64,000 nucleotides of DNA, taken from assembly GCF_004010195.1 (NCBI RefSeq), contig NC_057728.1:50984048-51048047 (forward strand). Direction: 5' to 3'. Position 1 is the stretch's first letter; the number at the start of each line of letters is the position of its first letter. Both the position numbers and the translations under genes were made by a program. Source of the DNA: Chiloscyllium plagiosum. Lineage: Eukaryota. The notes under the pieces are model-generated. The model was not told the DNA's origin and searched no databases. It worked only from the letters and a program-made list of their open reading frames with translations. Shown one piece after another: positions 10,851-23,070 of the stretch.

Positions 10851-13800
10851 TTCCTCCTCCTCTGAGTCTGAAGATAGAGGCCGATCCTTTTACTTATAGA
10901 CCCCTTGGGACGTTTTGACACTGGGTCAGTTTTCTCTGGCTCTGTGTCAGGTACAGGGGACAGTGTGTAACACGCATGAGCTTGCCTCTTGCACCCAGCG
11001 TGTCTTGGGAGAAATTCTTTCTCTTCTTCCAGCGGCAAAGGCATTGATGCGGCGAGATCCGCCAGGTCCATCTCAGATTCAGGGGGTCTGTTCAACACTT
11101 GATGGAGAGGCAGAATCAATGAGTTCCAACAGCCTTTCGGTTGTTCTGAGGAATAAGGCATGTTTTGCCCCTGCACCATTTGTGAGTTTGCTGCCTTTAT
11201 ATTGTTCATGTTCAGGATCGTCACACCTGCCCGGCCTTTATACGTCACTGATCCTGACCTTGTGTTGACCATGCCACTTACCACCCAGGGCCATTCCCAT
11301 GGTTCCTGCACTAAACTTCATCCTTTGAAGTAAACTGTTTCTCTTGCTTGGCGGAGTCTGGCGTCCAACATTGGTGTTCCTGATGTACCCCCCGCCCCCA
11401 GGTCTGGGAAGATCAGATTTAACCTGGTGCAGAGTCTTCTCATACAAGTACAGGGATAGCTCCAGCAGAGTTTCTACTGGGGAGGAGTAATCCTAAAATC
11501 AAATAGGAACCGGGACAGTTTGGTATTGAGTGAAGTGTAGGCTGTTTCTTTGAGACTGCCTTCAAAGTTTGGACCGCTCTTGCTGCCAAACCATTGGATG
11601 TTGGGTGGAATAGAGCTGTCCTTACATATTGAATCCCATTTTGCTTTAGGGAATGCTCGTAAACATGGCCCGTTATCTGTGCCCAGCACTCCCAGGGGCC
11701 TGTGTATTGCAAAACATGTGTACAGTCTTTCTACGATCGTCTCATGGTTGACAAATGAACTCTCTGCACATCCAGCCACTATTGAGTGGGCGTCCACAAT
11801 GACCGGGAACATTGAGCCCATGAAAGGACCGAATAGCCAACGTGTAACTGAATCCAGGGTTTACCCGGCCATTCCCATGAATGTGGGGGAGCGGCTGGAG
11901 GTTATTTTTGTCCTTGTTGGCACTCTGGGCACTGCCCCACCAACACAGCTATGCCTGCATCCAATCCTGGCCACCAGACATAACTTCACGCCAACATCTT
12001 CATTTTGAAAACCCCTGGATAATTCTGGTAGAGTTCAGCCAGTATTTCGTGGTAACTTTACTCGGGACAATCACTCGTGTTCCCCATAATAATATTCCGT
12101 CCTCTGCTATGACCTGGTCTCTCCAGGTCCAAAAAGGTTTCAGTTCTGGTTGTGATGGCCCTTTGTTTTCCCCCATAACCACCCGCTGTTTCTGTTTTGC
12201 GAGGACCGGATCTTTCTGCATTCAAAGTCTGGAATTGTCAGCTGTAATTGGAAGTGTGCCCCAAAAATTTAAAACCATTATAGTGTATCTGCCAGTGAGC
12301 GGCAGCTCAATGCATCCGCATTTGCTACTTTGCCTCTCAGACGGTGTTCCAACGTGTACTTACATACACTTAGTATTAGAGCCCACTGCTGAATTCAGCC
12401 TGAAGCTATGGGCAGAACTGTCTTGTCCTCCTTTAGGGAGGGCCAGGGGGTTTGTGGTCCATTATTATTACAAATTTACATCCGCAAAGGTGCTGGTGAA
12501 ACTTTCTGACTCCAAATATGATCACCAAACCTTCCTTCTCTATCTGGGTGTATCAACGCTCAGCATTAGCCAAAGTCCTGAATGCATACGCTATTGGGCA
12601 TTCCTGTCCACTGAGCTACCTCTGAGCTAATAGTACTTCAATGCCGTATGGGGAGGCATCACATGTCAATACCGGATCTTGCTGGGGATCGTAGTGTAGC
12701 CAACACCTTTGAGGATGATCGCTGTTTCTCCACTTCTCGAAAAAGGTCCCTGAAAGCTATGGGCTAGGCTATGTGACCGTTTCCAAGGCTGACCCTTTTT
12801 TCAGGAGTTGATGTAAGGGTGCCAGGATGGAGGTACTTTCTGCAATAATGAACTTTCTGTAATAATTCAGTGGCCCAAGAAAAGACCTCGGCTTTGGTGC
12901 AGACCTGGAGCCAGGACACCTTTGATCCCCCTCACTATATTTTCCAACAGGAGTACCCCAGTCCTGTTCACTTCTGTAGCCCAGGTAGGTCAATTGGGGT
13001 GACTGGAATACACATATTCCACTTCCAAAGTGCACTTCCACCTGGGAGAAATGTCTAAGGAATATGTCCAAGTTCTCTAATTGCTCCTTATTGGTCTTCC
13101 TTGTTATTAGCACGTCATTTAGATAAATGATGATCTAGGGTAGACCTTGCAAAATGACCCCATTGTCTGCTGAAAAATGGCACAGGCTGATGACAGCCCA
13201 AATGGCAGCCTTGTATATTGGTACAAGCCATTATGGGTATTAACTGTAGCATACCTCTGGGAATCCTCATCTAATGGCAATTGCAAGTACACATGACTTA
13301 TGTTCAGCTTTGTGAAGAACAGCCACCCCCCTCACCAGTTTTGCGTATAGGTCCTCTATGCGAGGGATGATGTATTTATCCAGCTGTGAGAAATAGTTTA
13401 CTGTTTGTTTAAAATCCCCACAAAGATAAACCCACCCATCAGACTTCGCAATCAGTATGACTGATGCTGCCCATTCCACAATTGGATTGGTTTGATGATT
13501 CCTTCGCTTTCCAGCCTTCTGACTTCTGTCCATATTTTTGCCTTTAAGACAAATGGCAGAGGCCGGGCCTTGCAGAATCATGGAACTGCCTCCTGGTCAG
13601 CATGCAAGGAAGCCTTGGCTCCTTTGATAATCCATAGACCTTTTTGAAAAAACATGCGGCATTTAATTAGGACCTCACTCAGGCAGTTATTTTCTAATAG
13701 AAGAATATTAAGCCAATCAAGGTGAATCTAACTCAACCAACTTTCCTCCATCAAACTTGGGCCTGAACCTTTTACTACAGTTTGTGGTAACTGAGCCAGC

Positions 13801-14478
13801 TGCTTCTCCTCAATTGTACTCTTAAACTGGAAAGGTTTCCCAGTATAGGTTCTAGCCAGGGCCTTATGCAAACTTAAGGGTTGGAGTCGAGAGTGAATTT
13901 TGTTCAAGACTGGTTATGCAATCACTGAAATGGCCGCAGCAATATCAACCTCCGTCAAAGGTTTAACTGTTGAACCAGATGTTTATTTTGTATCTGATTT
14001 GGATATTGCGAAACAAAACCAGATGTAGGTGGACTTCCCAAGGTGTGCATCTCCTAGATACCAGCGTTTTGAGATCTCTCACTCAGTTTAGGTCCAGTAG
14101 GACTCTTTTGCTATCTTGAGTTTGCATACCAGCAGCAACTATAATGACTTGGCGGCCCTGATCCTGAGGAAAATTTTAACCTTTTAGCCGAGGTTTGGTT
14201 CTGTTTTGAGGTTTTGCTGTGGGCTGACCTAGAGCCCCTCTGCTCAGGATATGTCCTGAGTGAGGCTCTGCAATTGTCTTCACTCAAGTGTTGTTCCCCA
14301 AGCTCAGTCAGACTAATGAGGGTGTCCACTTCCATCAGAAAATCCTGCAATTCTTATGCTCTATTTGCTACATTTTCCAATGATCAAACAGGCACTACAA
14401 CTGGCTTTAAGTCCAGTTGGGATTCAGCTAGTAGGCGCTTCTGCATTGTTAGATCCTTAGTCCCACTCTCATTGCCAC

Positions 14479-14823
14479 TGAAGTAACTCTACAGAGGTCA
14501 GTATACTGTCACCAAGTCACTCTTTATTTACACCTGGAAATTCCTTGGCAATGGTCCAGCTTCCTCACAGCCAGCTCTGAGTGTTTGAATATCTGAGACT
14601 CCTGTTTATATATATTTGTCAGCCAGGGCTCCCTGATTCGACCAGGTTAACAGCCCCAATCAGGGAACTCAGAGTTCAATGAGTTCCTGATGAAGAGCTT
14701 ATGCTCGAAACATTGACTCTCCTGCTCCTCGGATCCTGCTTGACTGGCTGTGCTTTTCCAGCATCACATGTTTTGACTCATGTTCTATGAGGTCCAACTG
14801 GCTGACTTCATTACAATCACTGC
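14479..14823 (-). repeat. 5' LTR of the Gypsy element, interrupted by a PLE fragment
   Basis: Shares CTGTCACCAA.TCAC, CTCCTGTTTATAT, GTCAGCCAGGGCTCCCTGAT, AATCAGGGAACTCA and TTCTATGAGGTCCA..TGGCTGAC with the left LTR. Confidence 0.85.
14684..14775 (+). mobile_element. Short Penelope-like 3' fragment with a hammerhead-like core
   Basis: CTGATGA-A-GAGC-TTAT-GCTC-GAAAC; absent from the sister LTR; degenerate TSD at 14667-14683 / 14776-14791. Confidence 0.75.
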
Positions 14824-17230
14824 CTTGATTGTGAATGGAATTACCTCAATGATGAGAGGATACAATGTAAAGTAAGATTATTCAGCCCTGGTAATTTATC
14901 CACCTTCAAGGAGGTCAGTCCCTTCTTATTATATTTACTTTGGTTAAAATTTCACATTCCTCCTCTCACTGTGTACATTGTCTCTCTCCTTTGTAAAGCA
15001 GAGACAAAATATTCATTTAGAACCCATCCACCTCTTCTGCATCGACACACAAGTTACTGCATACATCTGTGATAGGCCCAACCTTTTCCTTCATCATCTC
15101 TTTTGCTCTTAATGTTGCAATAATAATTACTTGGATTTTCCCTAACTTTACAGCCAACATTCTTTTCATATCCTCTCTTTGTTGGCCCAATTTCCTCTCA
15201 TTTCGCTTCCATTTAATCTGTATTCCTCTAATCCTCCTAAAGTATTACGATTTTTGAGCTTGTCAAACACTAATCTTTATGCTTTTCCTTTCCCATGTGA
15301 TTCCAGATAGCCAGGGATCCTGAGATCTGGCAGTGCCAATCCTTTCGGTTTGTGGGTACTTGTCTAGAACATGCCCATAGAATCTCCCCTTTGATTCACA
15401 CTGATTTGCCAGTGACTTTCCTTTCAAGTAATCTACAGTCTACTTCTGCCAGATCAGCTTTGTAAGGTTTGCCTTCCCCCCAGCGTAGAACGCTTACTGT
15501 CGTTGTATCACTCTGTCCTTCCATCATGATGGTCAACGTAACCACATTATGATCGACTGTTGAGTACAATGTGAATGGGGGTAGAGATGGTGGGAAAGCA
15601 TATTAGTTAGTAGGGTGGCAACGCAAGTGGCTCCTCCCAGTAATGGGAGGCAGCAGTGGCTGCAGCAGAGATGGATTGCTACGTTTGCGGGTGTGGTGGG
15701 GGGGGCGGGGTGGCAATAGCGGATGTGAGACCGTTACAGAGACCCCACCAGTGACCAGCAGCAAACACAGGAGTAGCAGAGAGTAACAAGAAGAGAGAAA
15801 GATTAATGCTATTGCAGTAAAGTTCGCCATTATAATCAGTGTTTCAAGATGGTGTCTAGGTGTGGTCTTTTGCACATGACAAAACATTTCACTGTGTTTT
15901 TATGTACATGTGACAATAATTCTAATTGATCCCTTTATTCAGAAATGGTTTAAACAATGGGATAGAAAGCCAACATCTAAATCTGACAATTACGCAAGGA
16001 TTGACAGCCAAGTGTCGATGAAAGTATAAAATTACAAAGAGATATTGACAGCGATCTGATCAGACTCTAGGTTCTCCAATTCATTGAGGTTCCAGACCTG
16101 ATACGCAAACTGTTCACCTCTTGGGGCTAGGAGGACTAAAATGTCTCTTCCTCTTTATTCACAAATCCTCAGATTGTAGCAACTAGCTTAGTTTGAAAAG
16201 TATTCCTTCCTTTATGGATACTTTTCTCCCAGATCCGAATGAATTTATGTTTTAAAAGGAAATTAATTAACAAGCCTTTCTTTAATTAACAAAGGGAGTG
16301 AGTGAGCTAACTACATACAGGAAGAAATATTAACACCACATGCATATACAGACTAGAAATAGGAGGTGATTATAAACAGGTGAGAGTTAAAATAAACAGA
16401 TATACAGGTCAGTCTCTGAATAGCTTGTGAAAAACATATGGTTGGACCTGGCAAATATTGCAACTGCGAGCTTCGACCTTGGTGGTTGAATAATTGGCTT
16501 CACAGTTCCCAGATTTGCACGTAAATTAAGATTCTGTGGCGTTTTGATAAAATTTTTCCAGTGATTGTTTCCAGCATTAAGGATAAATGAGAATGCTGTT
16601 ATCACATTTCCCTTTTGTCTGGATTTAAATCTTAGAAAGGAAATATTGCCCTTAAGGGTGAAGTATAGGTTTGTTGGAATGACATTGGATTCCAAGAGTT
16701 AAGTATGAGTGGGAGATTGAACAAATTGGGTTGTTTTCCCTGGAATTTAGAAGTGTGGGTTTTCCTCATGGCAATAGACAAGGTAGATAGAGAGAAATGA
16801 TTTCAGGAGTTGCTAGGGGATGGTGATGTAGGATTAGGAGCAGAAAGTTAGAGTTAAGATCTTTCAGGAGTGACATTAGGAAACATGCCTTCAGACAAAG
16901 GAGGGTAAGAGATTGGAACTCTCTGAAAATAGTGATTGATGCTCCATCATTTAACTTTAATGATAAGGTTGCTGTAACAATTTTGTGATCTTATTGCTTT
17001 CCCCGTCTTGATTGCTCAGTTATTTTGCAAATAGTGACCATCTCAGCATGGTTCAGACGCACTTTGCTGGATTTGTAGGTATTGCGAATGCATATTCTTT
17101 TTCAAGGACTTTGTGAAAAACAGGAACTGTTTGGGCACTTTCTGAATTGAAAAGGATTTTTACCATACAGTTTCTGGGGAATTGGTGTCAACACTTCAAA
17201 CCTGTTGTTAAGGGACCTCAAGTGAACTTA

Positions 17231-17525
17231 GGTGGCACAGTGGTTAATACTGCTACCTCGCAGCACTAGGGACCCAGGTTCAATTCCAACCTCAGGTGAC
17301 TGACTTTGCACGTTCTCCCCATGTCCATGTGGGTTTTGTCCTGGTGCTCTGATTTCCTCCCACAGTCCAAAGATGTATAGGTTAGGTGAATAAGCCATGC
17401 TAAATTGTCCAGAGATGTGCAGGCTAAGTGGGTTTGTTATGTTAGTGGGGGTTGGGATGCTCTTTGGAGGGTTAGTGTAGACTTGATGGGCTGAATGGCC
17501 TCCATTTGCACTGTAGGGATTCTAA
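17231..17525 (+). mobile_element. HE1-type SINE
   Basis: Same head, V-domain (TTCCTCCCACAGTCCAAAGATGT) and tail as the other HE1 copies. Confidence 0.85.
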
Positions 17526-18114
17526 GTTAAAAGTTTTTAGGAGATGATGTTTATGATCTTTAGCCAGTGATAGCCTAGCTTTGAAAGGCCTATGAGGGCT
17601 TCTGTCTAAGGTTGGCATATTCTGGACTTAATCTTATGAATTCCCAAGACCCTGTTTTAAGGATAAGTTTTGTGTTATAACCAATGAATTATTTTGAGTT
17701 CCTTAGAGACATCTGGTGAAAGTCTCTTTTATTCTGGAGAGTATAAGGCGAAGGGGATTGAATGGCCACGTTAGTGATTGAACCAACACGTGGATATGAT
17801 TGGTGGGACCGGTGGAGTGATGGGACATGATTGCTGGCTCATTCTGCTTGTCCCATTCGTAATGCAGGGTAGAACATAATCCTGACTGGAAACATTGCCC
17901 AATGTGTTGGAACAGTATGGATCCAGGGATCAGAGCGACTGAAATTGGGCAAGGCTGTGGGTGTTTGTGAACATTAATTGATATTGTGGTTGTCTAATGC
18001 TGGTGAAGAAAAAGAAAAATCTGAACAACGTAGCAATTTTCAATTTTACAAAGCCGAGTCAGCGGAAGTAGCTGCCAATAGAACTCTCCGGAATTTGTTT
18101 TTGTCTAACCCTTT

Positions 18115-18503
18115 CATGTAGGATGTGGTGCTGGTGGCAAGGCTTCTTCTGATTTACCCTTACACTGAAGTCATGTCAGTCTGCAGTCACGTATTGGCCA
18201 GATTAGGTAAGGACAGCAGATTTCCCCAGCGATATTACTGAACAATTTTCCCTCTGAGCTGAATGGATACTACATATTCACCTTGGGTTTCTCCTGCTGA
18301 TGCCACACACGGACTTTAAAGGTCCACACGCTGGCTGCTGAAATCGTTAGTGAGTCACGTTGTCATGGTCACCATCGCTAAGGCTAGTGTTAAATTCCCA
18401 GTGTTTCGATGACAGAATTTAAAAATCCAGCGGCAGTGGGGCGTGAACCCACAGCCTCTGGGACTACCAGACCACTCACATTACCTTTACACCACCTTCT
18501 CCC
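18115..18503 (-). mobile_element. tRNA-derived SINE family B (diverged)
   Basis: GGCCAGA..AGGTAAGGACAGCAGATTTCC and CATGGTCACCAT..CTAAG.CTAG motifs shared with the 1022 and 62225 copies. Confidence 0.45.
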
Positions 18504-18779
18504 CTAAGTGACTGTGTAGAATCATTTCAGTTTATTGTTCACGTTTCTGTGAACGAACTACTTTACTCCTTGAGTGTGGGCACGTTATTTTAGAACGTTA
18601 AAATCTGCTGAACAGCTTTGAAAAGGGCAGCTGAGTCCCATGGCTCTTGTAAAAGTTTCTGGGCATCATCTTTTTGGCCTGTAGTCCTCCCATTGGTTAG
18701 TTTGACACTGATTGCTAACTTAAGCACTTCCTTTGTTTAATCTTGCTTTATGGTTGTACTAATGTGTTTTCCTATTCTC

Positions 18780-19645
18780 CCACTATGGTCCTACAGCACG
18801 GAAAGAGACTCCGGTCCAACTAGTCCACACTGACCACGTTCTCAAACTAAACCAATCCCACCTTGGCCCATAGTCCCCCCAAGTCTTTCCTATACATGTG
18901 CTTATCCAAATGTCTTAAACATTGTAACTTCCTTTGGTAGTTCATTCCAAACACACATTGTGTGTTAAAAAAAAAGTTTCTCCTCATGTCATATTTTAAA
19001 TCGTTGTCCCCTCACTTTAAAAATATGCTGTTACGTTTTGAACTCCCCAACCCTAGGGAATAGATCTTTGCTATTCACCTTATCTATGCCCCTCATGATT
19101 TTATAAAATTCTATAAGGTCACCTCTCAACTTGCGACGCTCCAGTGAAAAAAGCCCCAGCCTATCCAGCTCAAACCCTCCATTCCCAGCAACACCCTGGT
19201 ATAGTCAGTTCTGATATAACGCAATAGTTCTGTTCTCGAACGGTCTCGTTATAGAAGAAAATCTTACAGCGCCATTTAAACTAATGGGGCCGGAATCATG
19301 TTATAGTCAATACAGGTTAAGGAAAATAACGGGCTAAATTCTTCAATCACATTAAAGCCAATTCATGTTGAAGAGACATACGTTAAAGCAGAGCCGATTG
19401 GATATGTTTACTGAACCCCCTCCAGTTTAATAATATCCTTCCTATAACAGGGCAATCAGAGCTGCACATAATACTTCAGAAGATGCCTCACCAACGTCCT
19501 GTACAACCTCAACATGACGTCCCAACTGCTATACTGAGTGGTCTGAGCTGTAAAAGCAAGCATTCCAAACACCACCTTAACCACCCTGTCTACCTGCGAC
19601 ACAACTTTCAATGAACTATGTTCCTGAACCCCTAGGTTTCTGTGT
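18780..19645 (-). mobile_element. HER1/CR1 LINE fragment interrupted by a MITE
   Basis: Minus-strand LGVQEHSSLKVVSQVDRVVK..LYRTLVR through to the 3' UTR. Confidence 0.85.
19202..19400. mobile_element. MER6-like Tc/mariner-Tigger non-autonomous element (MITE)
   Basis: Imperfect TIRs AGTCAGTTCTGATATAACG / CGTTAAAGCAGAGCCGATT; inserted at a TA inside the LINE; internal TTTAAACTAATGGGGC shared (inverted) with the 37175 copy. Confidence 0.7.
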
Positions 19646-19971
19646 ACTACAAAGCTGCCCACAAATCAGCTGTAGCAAACACACAGCAAAAGCTTCAATA
19701 TATTTTAAAAGGATGGGTGTAAATGTTGTGTGTTGTGCTGTTTCAATACTGCAGTTCGTGGTTGCAGATTTATCACAGACTAACCTGTTATGATCCTCCG
19801 TCATGCATTACACAACTCCTTTCTCCACTGGAGGGTGGGCTCAGCAATGCATCTGTGGGTGGAAGCAGGACACAGCTTGGTGAATGTGCTGGCCATAAGA
19901 GAACTAGGAGATGACATTCAACAGAGCACGGCTTACCACAGATCAATTATTGACCTTCCATTAGGTGGACA

Positions 19972-20125
19972 AGGTCAAAGTCACATGACACCAGGTTATA
20001 GTCCAACAGGTTTATTTAAAATCACAAGCTTTCGGAGCGCTGCCCCTTTGTCAAGTGAACTATAGCCTGGTGTCGAGTGACTTCTGACTTTGTTCACCCC
20101 AGTCCAACGCCGGCAGCTCCACATC
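19972..20125. mobile_element. Palindromic Penelope-like terminal fragment (family 3)
   Basis: Inverted arms GACACCAGGTTATAGT / ACTATAGCCTGGTGTC; minus-strand GGGGC-AGC-GCTCC-GAAAGCT core; related copies at 30110 and 62779. Confidence 0.65.
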
Positions 20126-20143
20126 TTGGCTTTAATCAGGTGG

Positions 20144-21253
20144 AGCTGAATAATGTGTTGCTGGAAAAGCGCAGCAGGTCAGGCAGCATCCAAGGAGCAA
20201 GGAGAATTGACGTTTTGGGCATAAGCACTTCTTCAGGAATGAGGAGGGTGTGCCAAGCAGGCTAAGATAAAAGATAGGGAGGAGGGACTTGGGGGAGGGG
20301 CGTTGGCAATGCGATAGGTGGAAGGAGGTTAAGGTGATGGTGATAGGCCGGAGAGGGGGTGGGAGCGGAGAGGTCAGGAAGAAGNNNNNNNNNNNNNNNN
20401 NNNNNNNNNNNNNNNNNNNNNNNNNNNNNNNNNNNNNNNNNNNNNNNNNNNNNNNNNNNNNNNNNNNNNNNNNNNNNNNNNNNNNNNNNNNNNNNNNNNN
20501 NNNNNNNNNNNNNNNNNNNNNNNNNNNNNNNNNNNNNNNNNNNNNNNNNNNNNNNNNNNNNNNNNNNNNNNNNNNNNNNNNNNNNNNNNNNNNNNNNNNN
20601 NNNNNNNNNNNNNNNNNNNNNNNNNNNNNNNNNNNNNNNNNNNNNNNNNNNNNNNNNNNNNNNNNNNNNNNNNNNNNNNNNNNNNNNNNNNNNNNNNNNN
20701 NNNNNNNNNNNNNNNNNNNNNNNNNNNNNNNNNNNNNNNNNNNNNNNNNNNNNNNNNNNNNNNNNNNNNNNNNNNNNNNNNNNNNNNNNNNNNNNNNNNN
20801 NNNNNNNNNNNNNNNNNNNNNNNNNNNNNNNNNNNNNNNNNNNNNNNNNNNNNNNNNNNNNNNNNNNNNNNNNNNNNNNNNNNNNNNNNNNNNNNNNNNN
20901 NNNNNNNNNNNNNNNNNNNNNNNNNNNNNNNNNNNNNNGAGGCGAAGGAATTGGGAATATGGGATGGCGTTTTTACATGGGGCAGGGTGGGAGGAGGTGT
21001 AATCTAGGTAGCTGTGGGAGTCAGTCGGTTTATAGTAAATGTCCGTGTTGAGTCGGTCGTCCGAGATAGAAATGGAGAGGTCTCGGAAGGGGAGGGAGGA
21101 GTCTGAGACAGTCCAGGTAAATTTGAGGTCGGAGTGGAAGGTGTTAGTAAAGTGGATGAACTGTTCACCCTCCTCGTGGGAGCACGAGGTAGCGCCGATA
21201 CGGTCATCAATGTAGTGGAGGAAAAGGTGGGGGTGGTGCCAGTGTGGCTGCGG
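20144..21253 (-). mobile_element. 5'-truncated Penelope-like retroelement with a partial RT (spans an assembly gap)
   Basis: Minus strand about 21230-20939 reads HLFLHYIDDRIG..FIHFTNTFHSDLKFTW..SLPFRDL..DIYYKPTDSHSYLDYTSSHP..KNAIPYSQFLRL, a PLE RT/thumb signature. The 3' terminus carries the hammerhead-like repeat. 10-bp TSD AATCAGGTGG at 20134-20143 and 21254-21263. Confidence 0.9.
20385..20938. other. Assembly gap (554 N)
   Basis: Run of N inside the PLE. Confidence 1.
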
Positions 21254-21357
21254 AATCAGGTGGGCCTTGCTGGGGTTAGATTATATACATACATCACTGG
21301 GAACAAAGTTGCATTTAATTTCAGTTTTTTAAAAAAAGATACCCACTGTTGCAGGTT

Positions 21358-21557
21358 CAGTTTAGCTCAGTTGGCTGGATGGTTGGTTTGCAGAGCAGTG
21401 TGGGTTCAGTTCCCCTCACCAGTTTGAGGTTACCATGAAGGACTCTCCTACTCACCTGTTCCCTCACCTGAGGTCTGGTGACCCTCAGGTTAAATACCAT
21501 CAATTGCTTCTGTCTAATGAGAGAGCAGCCTCTATGTTCTGGTAAGACTGCGGTGAC
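21358..21557 (+). mobile_element. tRNA-derived SINE family C
   Basis: Homologous to 9826-10040. Confidence 0.55.
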
Positions 21558-21674
21558 ACAGCAACCCACTGTCTCTGAGTCCCTTGTTACTGTGTGGAGT
21601 TTGACGTAGGGCTTTTGGTGAATTTGCAACCTGCTGGCTTATTTTTGTACTGTCGGGACAGTGATGGGTTCTGT

Positions 21675-21876
21675 GGAGGAAGTGAGGACTGCAGATGCTG
21701 GAGATCAGAGTCAAAACATATGGTGTTGGAAAAGCCCAGGCAGCATCCGAGGAGCAAGAGAGTTGATGCTTCGAGCACAAGCTCTTCATCAGGCATTGCT
21801 GAACCTCGAAACACGACTCTCCTGCTCCTGGGATGCTGCCTGACAGGCTGTGCTTTTCCAGCACCACACTTTTTGT
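21675..21876. mobile_element. Palindromic PLE terminal insertion (family 1)
   Basis: Inverted arms; minus-strand CTGATGA-A-GAGC-TTGT-GCTC-GAAGC; 16-bp degenerate TSD CAGTGATGGGTTCTGT (21659-21674) / CAGTGACAGGTACTGT (21877-21892). Confidence 0.75.
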
Positions 21877-22338
21877 CAGTGACAGGTACTGTACCTGCTG
21901 ACTTTTATAACACTAGACATACAGATTGATGGTTTGCATCACTGAACACTGGGCTACTTCTGCTCTTCCCAGCAATGCATCCATTTGCCCTTTTGCCCTC
22001 CACTTTTCAAACCTGTTTTCTCAGTGGCTCAAGCATGCAGTGTGTCGAATGTTTCTGAAGTGTAACCCCTGCTCCTGCAGATCACTGTACAAGAATTGAT
22101 AAAAGCAAATGGCACACGATATCTGAGGCCATTTGACATTCTATTGCAGAGTCTGGGAATAGAAAATTAGAGGAGAGACTAAGTGCTGACATAAAAGTTT
22201 GCAAAGCTTCAATTTTAGATGAAAGGAACCTACACAAGTGTGCCATCTATTTTAGTTTTTTAATTGCAAACCTCTGATGTTCTATTAATATTAAAATGTT
22301 TAAATCAAATTTACTGAGCAGTCCTTCATTTATTTCAG

Positions 22339-22394
22339 AAACCGAGCTGGTCGTAACAAGTCTGTGTGCCTGTTTCAAAATCGACTTTGAGCTG
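22339..22394 (+). CDS. Putative coding exon C (KTELVVTSLCACFKIDFEL, phase 1 to 0)
   Basis: Strong acceptor ccttcatttatttcag and donor CTG|gtaaga; only one frame is open and it matches exon B. Confidence 0.55.
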
Positions 22395-22604
22395 GTAAGA
22401 ATTTACATGATTGGATTTTAGTTTTAATGTCCAGGACGTAAATTGCTGTGACAACCAATTTTTTGCAACTTCAGGAGGTTTCAGTTCTCCCACTGTCGTG
22501 CATCTGTTACATTTGGCTCAAACCAAACTCCGTCAAAAATTAAGTCACGTTTTTGCGATCGAAGATCTGCTTTATTTTTCGGATTGTCATATTAACATTG
22601 GTAG

Positions 22605-23070
22605 CTGTAGAGAGAGTGCAGATGAGGTTTACCAGGATGCTGCCTGGACTGGAGGGCAGGTCTTATGAAGAAAGGTTGAGGGAACGAAGGATTTTCACTT
22701 TAGAGCGAAGAAGGATGAGAGGTGACTTGATAGAGATGTACAAGGTGATGGGAGGCATAGATAGAGTGAATAGTCAGAGACTTTTTCCCAGGGTGGAAAT
22801 GGCTATCATGAGGGGGCATAATTTTAAGATGATTTGAGGAAGTTTTGGGGAGATCTCAGAGGTAGGTTCTTTACTCAAAGTGTGTTGGGTGCGTGGAATG
22901 CAATGCCAGTGGTGGTAGTAGAGTCAGATACATTGGGGACACTTAAGTAACTCTTGGAGAGGCACATGGATGATAGTACAATGAAGAGTATGTCGGTTAG
23001 TTTGATCTTAGAATAGTATAAAAGGTTGTCACAACATCAACGTCCGAAGGGCCTGTACTGTTCTATGTTC
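22605..23070 (+). mobile_element. CR1/HER1 LINE 3' fragment
   Basis: ERVQMRFTRMLPGLE..RRRMRGDLIEMYK..RGHNFK and tail TGTTCTATGTTCT. Confidence 0.85.

Larger units (their letters stand above)
10607..14823 (-). mobile_element. Degenerate full-length Ty3/Gypsy LTR retrotransposon
   Basis: Two LTRs; PBS-like TGGCAATGAG next to the right LTR; polypurine tract GGAGGAGGAA next to the left LTR. Minus-strand remnants occur in PR-RT-RH-IN order: EVDIAAA, DFKQTVN..IPRIEDLYAKL, IYLNDV, CDASPYGI, VIVDAHS, TDNGP, FHPTSNGLAARAVQTLK. Many stops and frameshifts. Confidence 0.9.

Noticed and set aside
11881..12630. 249-aa + strand ORF
   Set aside because: Antisense to the decayed Gypsy pol region; no recognisable protein features.
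16050..16400. Possible solo LTR or ERV-like fragment
   Set aside because: No clear TG..CA termini, TSD or second copy in the window to support it.
20289..21051. ORFs of 230-237 aa containing X runs (also 33625-34126)
   Set aside because: Artefacts of translating across N gaps.
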